Assembly (NCBI GenBank): GCA_024653825.1
Contig: JANLHF010000039.1
Location: forward strand, 6,945-70,944
Origin: Patescibacteria group bacterium
GTDB lineage: Bacteria > Patescibacteriota > Minisyncoccia > Phycocordibacterales > Phycocordibacteraceae
Reading direction: 5' to 3'
DNA length: 64,000 nt
Shown here: piece after piece, positions 62,009 to 64,000 of the stretch
How the letters are laid out: each line of letters begins with the position of its first letter
Numbering within the stretch: position 1 is the first letter of the stretch
Notes under the pieces: generated by a model
Databases searched by the model: none
What the model saw: only the letters and a program-made list of their open reading frames with translations
What the model was told of the DNA's origin: nothing
Position numbers and translations under genes: made by a program

Positions 62009-62856
62009 CCTTTGTATTCCGTTTCGCGTTTGCCTTCGGGAATGACGCGCAGGACACGGAAAACGCCCGCGGCGTTTTCCGCGGAGATGATTTTCATACG
62101 CTTTCCGTTTTCAAAGAAATACGTGCCGATGCTGTCAGCGTAGGCACGATACTTGTTCCAGTTTTCTTGTGCGGGCGCAGTGAGGTCGAGAAGACCGTCT
62201 TCTTTTGCGAGTTTACGCGCGCGCGAAGCGCGCGCGGCGTCCTGGGCGACTGGCGTAATCTCATCGCGTTCAAATACAGGGAGTGTAGTGGTGAGAAGCG
62301 TTGCGCCCATCTCGATGAGTCGCGGGCGCAGTTCACGCGCAGTCTCGTCAGGCACTATCGTCGTTTTTTCTTGTGCGAGGATGTCGCCCGCATCAAGCTC
62401 GCGCACCATTTTCTGTATCGTCACACCGGTCTCAGCTTCGCCCATGAGAAGCGCGGTCTCGAGCGGCGTTGCGCCACGATACTTCGGTAGGAGCGAGTAG
62501 TGCACATTTAAAACGCCTTTCGGGAATGTGGCGATAAGCGCCTCGGGAAATATTTTTCCGTAGGCGACGACGACGGCGTAGTCAGTGTGCTGCGACGCGA
62601 TTGCCGCAATCGCGACGTCATCCAATTTTTCTGGCGTGAGGACTGGAATAGTGTGCGCGAGCGCGAGCTCCTTGGTGAGCGAAGGGGTGAGCGCGAGGCC
62701 ACGTCCTTTTGGCGCGTCCGGAGACGTCACGACAAGTGTCGGTATAAAACCGTGTTCGATTAGAAGCGCGAGCGTGTCGCTTGCGACCTTCGGCGTGCCA
62801 AAATAGACGAAGCGAAGCGAGCCCCTTTGTTGGGCGAACTTATGCGACTGCGGCAT
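62005..62856 (-). CDS. fmt: Methionyl-tRNA formyltransferase
   Basis: The HYSLLPKYRGATP motif is present. The gene overlaps the def stop, giving a def-fmt operon. Confidence 0.85.
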   Translation of the reverse strand: MPQSHKFAQQRGSLRFVYFGTPKVASDTLALLIEHGFIPTLVVTSPDAPKGRGLALTPSLTKELALAHTIPVLTPEKLDDVAIAAIASQHTDYAVVVAYGKIFPEALIATFPKGVLNVHYSLLPKYRGATPLETALLMGEAETGVTIQKMVRELDAGDILAQEKTTIVPDETARELRPRLIEMGATLLTTTLPVFERDEITPVAQDAARASRARKLAKEDGLLDLTAPAQENWNKYRAYADSIGTYFFENGKRMKIISAENAAGVFRVLRVIPEGKRETEYKG

Positions 62857-63409
62857 GGTGGATGTGGATAAGATTCTCCGCGTGGTCGACGAAGAGGACG
62901 CCGTTGAGATGATCGATTTCGTGCTCGAATATCTGCGCTATGAGCCCGCCGCCCCCGCGCTCAAACTTTGTGCCGTCGACGCGACGCGCGCAGACGGTCA
63001 CGCGCTCGTGCCTATTGGTTGTGCCGTACACGCCGCGGACGGAAAGACACCCCTCATCCGCCTTCGCGCGTTTGCGGGAGGTCTTCACAATCTCCGGATT
63101 GATATACACTTCAACCTCAGCACTTGGGGGTCCGACCCCCAAGTCTGACTTGGGGGTCGGACCCCCAAGTGGAGCTTCGGGAAGAGGTGGTAGGGTGCGA
63201 TCTTTCCGCACGATGAAGATGCGATAGGGAATGCCGATCTGTGGTGCGGCGAGCGCGACACCCTCGAGTTCAGGATCGAGCGCTTCGGTCATATCGTCAA
63301 TAATCTTTGCGAGCTTTGGCGTATCGAAAAACTCCTCGGGCACCGGCTCGGCCGTCCCGCGGAGCACCTCGGCACCGTCTTGCACGATTTCTTTCATGTC
63401 GTTTAGCAT
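62840..63409 (-). CDS. def: Peptide deformylase
   Basis: It has the three deformylase motifs GVALAAPQIG, EGCLS and HEIDHLNG. A tandem in-frame E1 palindrome pair encodes LGGPTPKSDLGVGPPS in a surface loop. Confidence 0.85.
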   Translation of the reverse strand: MLNDMKEIVQDGAEVLRGTAEPVPEEFFDTPKLAKIIDDMTEALDPELEGVALAAPQIGIPYRIFIVRKDRTLPPLPEAPLGGPTPKSDLGVGPPSAEVEVYINPEIVKTSRKRAKADEGCLSVRGVYGTTNRHERVTVCARRVDGTKFERGGGGLIAQIFEHEIDHLNGVLFVDHAENLIHIHHAAVA

Positions 63410-63416
63410 AGCTCGT

Positions 63417-63487
63417 CGGCAAAGCAAAATAAAGGCCGCGCTCCGGGCCACTAGGTCAAGTCTTACTACCTTTATTTTACTTTGCCG
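63417..63487. repeat. E2 hairpin element, copy 2 (intergenic, immediately upstream of def): a 19-bp inverted repeat around the conserved core
   Basis: The sequence is cggcaaagcaaaataaagg - CCGCGCTCCGGGCCACTAGGTCAAGTCTTAC - ta - cctttattttactttgccg. Confidence 0.7.
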
Positions 63488-63491
63488 CTCA

Positions 63492-63776
63492 CTAATGTTT
63501 CGTCGGGTCGAGCTCCCACCAGAATTTTTTGCCAAAGTTTTTTGCCTGACTGCAGACACTCTTTAAATAATACAAATCTTGGGTCGGGATTTTCTCCAGC
63601 ACCGTGCCGAGGTGTGCCATCGTCATCGGCGCGAGGCCGTCATTTGCACGAGAGTGATTCAAATGGCGGAGAAAGAATCGCATCATCTCGCCACGTTCGG
63701 TCTGGCGCTTCCTCCCCTTGGGCGCTTCCGCCCGTTTCTTTTCAAACTCGGGGAGTATGTCGCCGATGGATTTCAT
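63492..63776 (-). CDS. Hypothetical small protein (94 aa)
   Basis: ORF between murA and def. Confidence 0.35.
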   Translation of the reverse strand: MKSIGDILPEFEKKRAEAPKGRKRQTERGEMMRFFLRHLNHSRANDGLAPMTMAHLGTVLEKIPTQDLYYLKSVCSQAKNFGKKFWWELDPTKH

Positions 63777-63780
63777 TCTG

Positions 63781-64000
63781 TTAGGCCGCCTCGATGGAGG
63801 CGCCCAATTGTTGGAGGCGATTCACAATATCTTCGTAGCCACGGTTGATTGAGTAGACATTGCGGAGTGTGGAGCGACCTTTTGCGGCAAGCATGCCGAC
63901 GAGGATGATGGTCGCGGGTCGGAGCGCGGGCGGACAGACCACTTCGGCGGCCTTAAGCTTGGTCGGGCCTTCGATCGAGATGCGGTGCGGGTCATGAAGG
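63781..64000 (-). CDS. murA: UDP-N-acetylglucosamine 1-carboxyvinyltransferase MurA, C-terminal part (5' end outside the window)
   Basis: The C-terminal peptide ...LRNVYSINRGYEDIVNRLQQLGASIEAA* matches the MurA C-terminus. Confidence 0.7.
   Translation of the reverse strand, partial: LHDPHRISIEGPTKLKAAEVVCPPALRPATIILVGMLAAKGRSTLRNVYSINRGYEDIVNRLQQLGASIEAA

Noticed and set aside
1-64000. CRISPR array, transposase, integrase and prophage genes.
   Set aside because: No regularly spaced direct repeats were found, and no ORF carries transposase, integrase or cas motifs. The PaaX-like protein has a Cas2-like fold motif but no adjacent cas1 or array.

Overview
This is a GC-rich (~58-60%) bacterial chromosomal window with a compact, mostly housekeeping gene set and many small or unannotatable ORFs. 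The RNA polymerase beta subunit is short (1058 aa), rpsP-KH-trmD lacks rimM, and use of Shine-Dalgarno sequences is mixed, all consistent with a reduced, possibly CPR/Parcubacteria-like genome; this is inference only.

Confident genes:
- Core informational and housekeeping genes: smc (C-terminal part), RNase R, rpsP, a KH-domain protein, trmD, rpoB, rpoC, dnaG, rpoD, hisS, prmC/hemK, tRNA-Asn(GUU), a glutaredoxin, a DUF167/YggU protein, hpf, fmt, def and murA (C-terminal part).
- Metabolic, stress and transport genes: a cold-shock protein, an M17 leucyl aminopeptidase, a P1B-type P-type ATPase, a tandem GH130 glycoside phosphorylase followed by a HAD-IIB phosphatase, a HAD hydrolase plus FAD-linked oxidase pair, a CrtI-like oxidoreductase, a Pif1/RecD-like helicase and an RRM RNA-binding protein.
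- Nucleases and cell-envelope genes: two DEDD 3'-5' exonucleases, a PD-(D/E)XK nuclease, a DsbA-like oxidoreductase, PAP2-family phosphatases, a 3D-domain protein, an SLT lytic transglycosylase and a CAP-domain protein.
- Other notable genes: a 1256-aa secreted beta-helix protein with a poly-Gly tract and a C-terminal peptidoglycan-binding domain, two SET-domain proteins, and a 933-aa Mre11/SbcD-like metallophosphoesterase.

No CRISPR array, transposase, integrase or rRNA gene was found.

The most unusual content is several families of short palindromic or hairpin repeats:
- E1: a 23-bp palindrome ACTTGGGGGTC[S]GACCCCCAAGT inserted in-frame in trmD, the FAD oxidase gene and, as a tandem pair, in def. 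This resembles Rickettsia palindromic elements.
- E2: a roughly 30-nt conserved core inside a 19-21-bp perfect hairpin whose stem sequence differs between copies, with CGGCA/TGCCG boundaries kept. One copy is in-frame inside prmC; the other is upstream of def.
- E3: two intergenic copies with conserved 5' and 3' boxes around a hairpin whose stem covaries.
- E4: a 27-bp palindrome present at two loci.
- A 27-bp direct repeat containing a perfect 14-bp palindrome flanks a PaaX-like wHTH/Cas2-like regulator gene on both sides.

Other oddities:
- A minus-strand fragment that mimics the 16S rRNA 3' terminus (CTGGATCACCTCCTT). On the plus strand it lies inside a small unit made of a perfect -35 box, a 31-codon ORF and a terminator.
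- A consensus sigma-70 promoter (TTGACA-16-TATAAT) driving a short hairpin-rich non-coding transcript, a candidate sRNA.
- A 40-bp perfect palindrome followed by a T-tract after yggU.
- An AT-rich glyoxalase-like gene island between the KH gene and trmD, and a juxtaposed rpoB-rpoC / dnaG-rpoD cluster.
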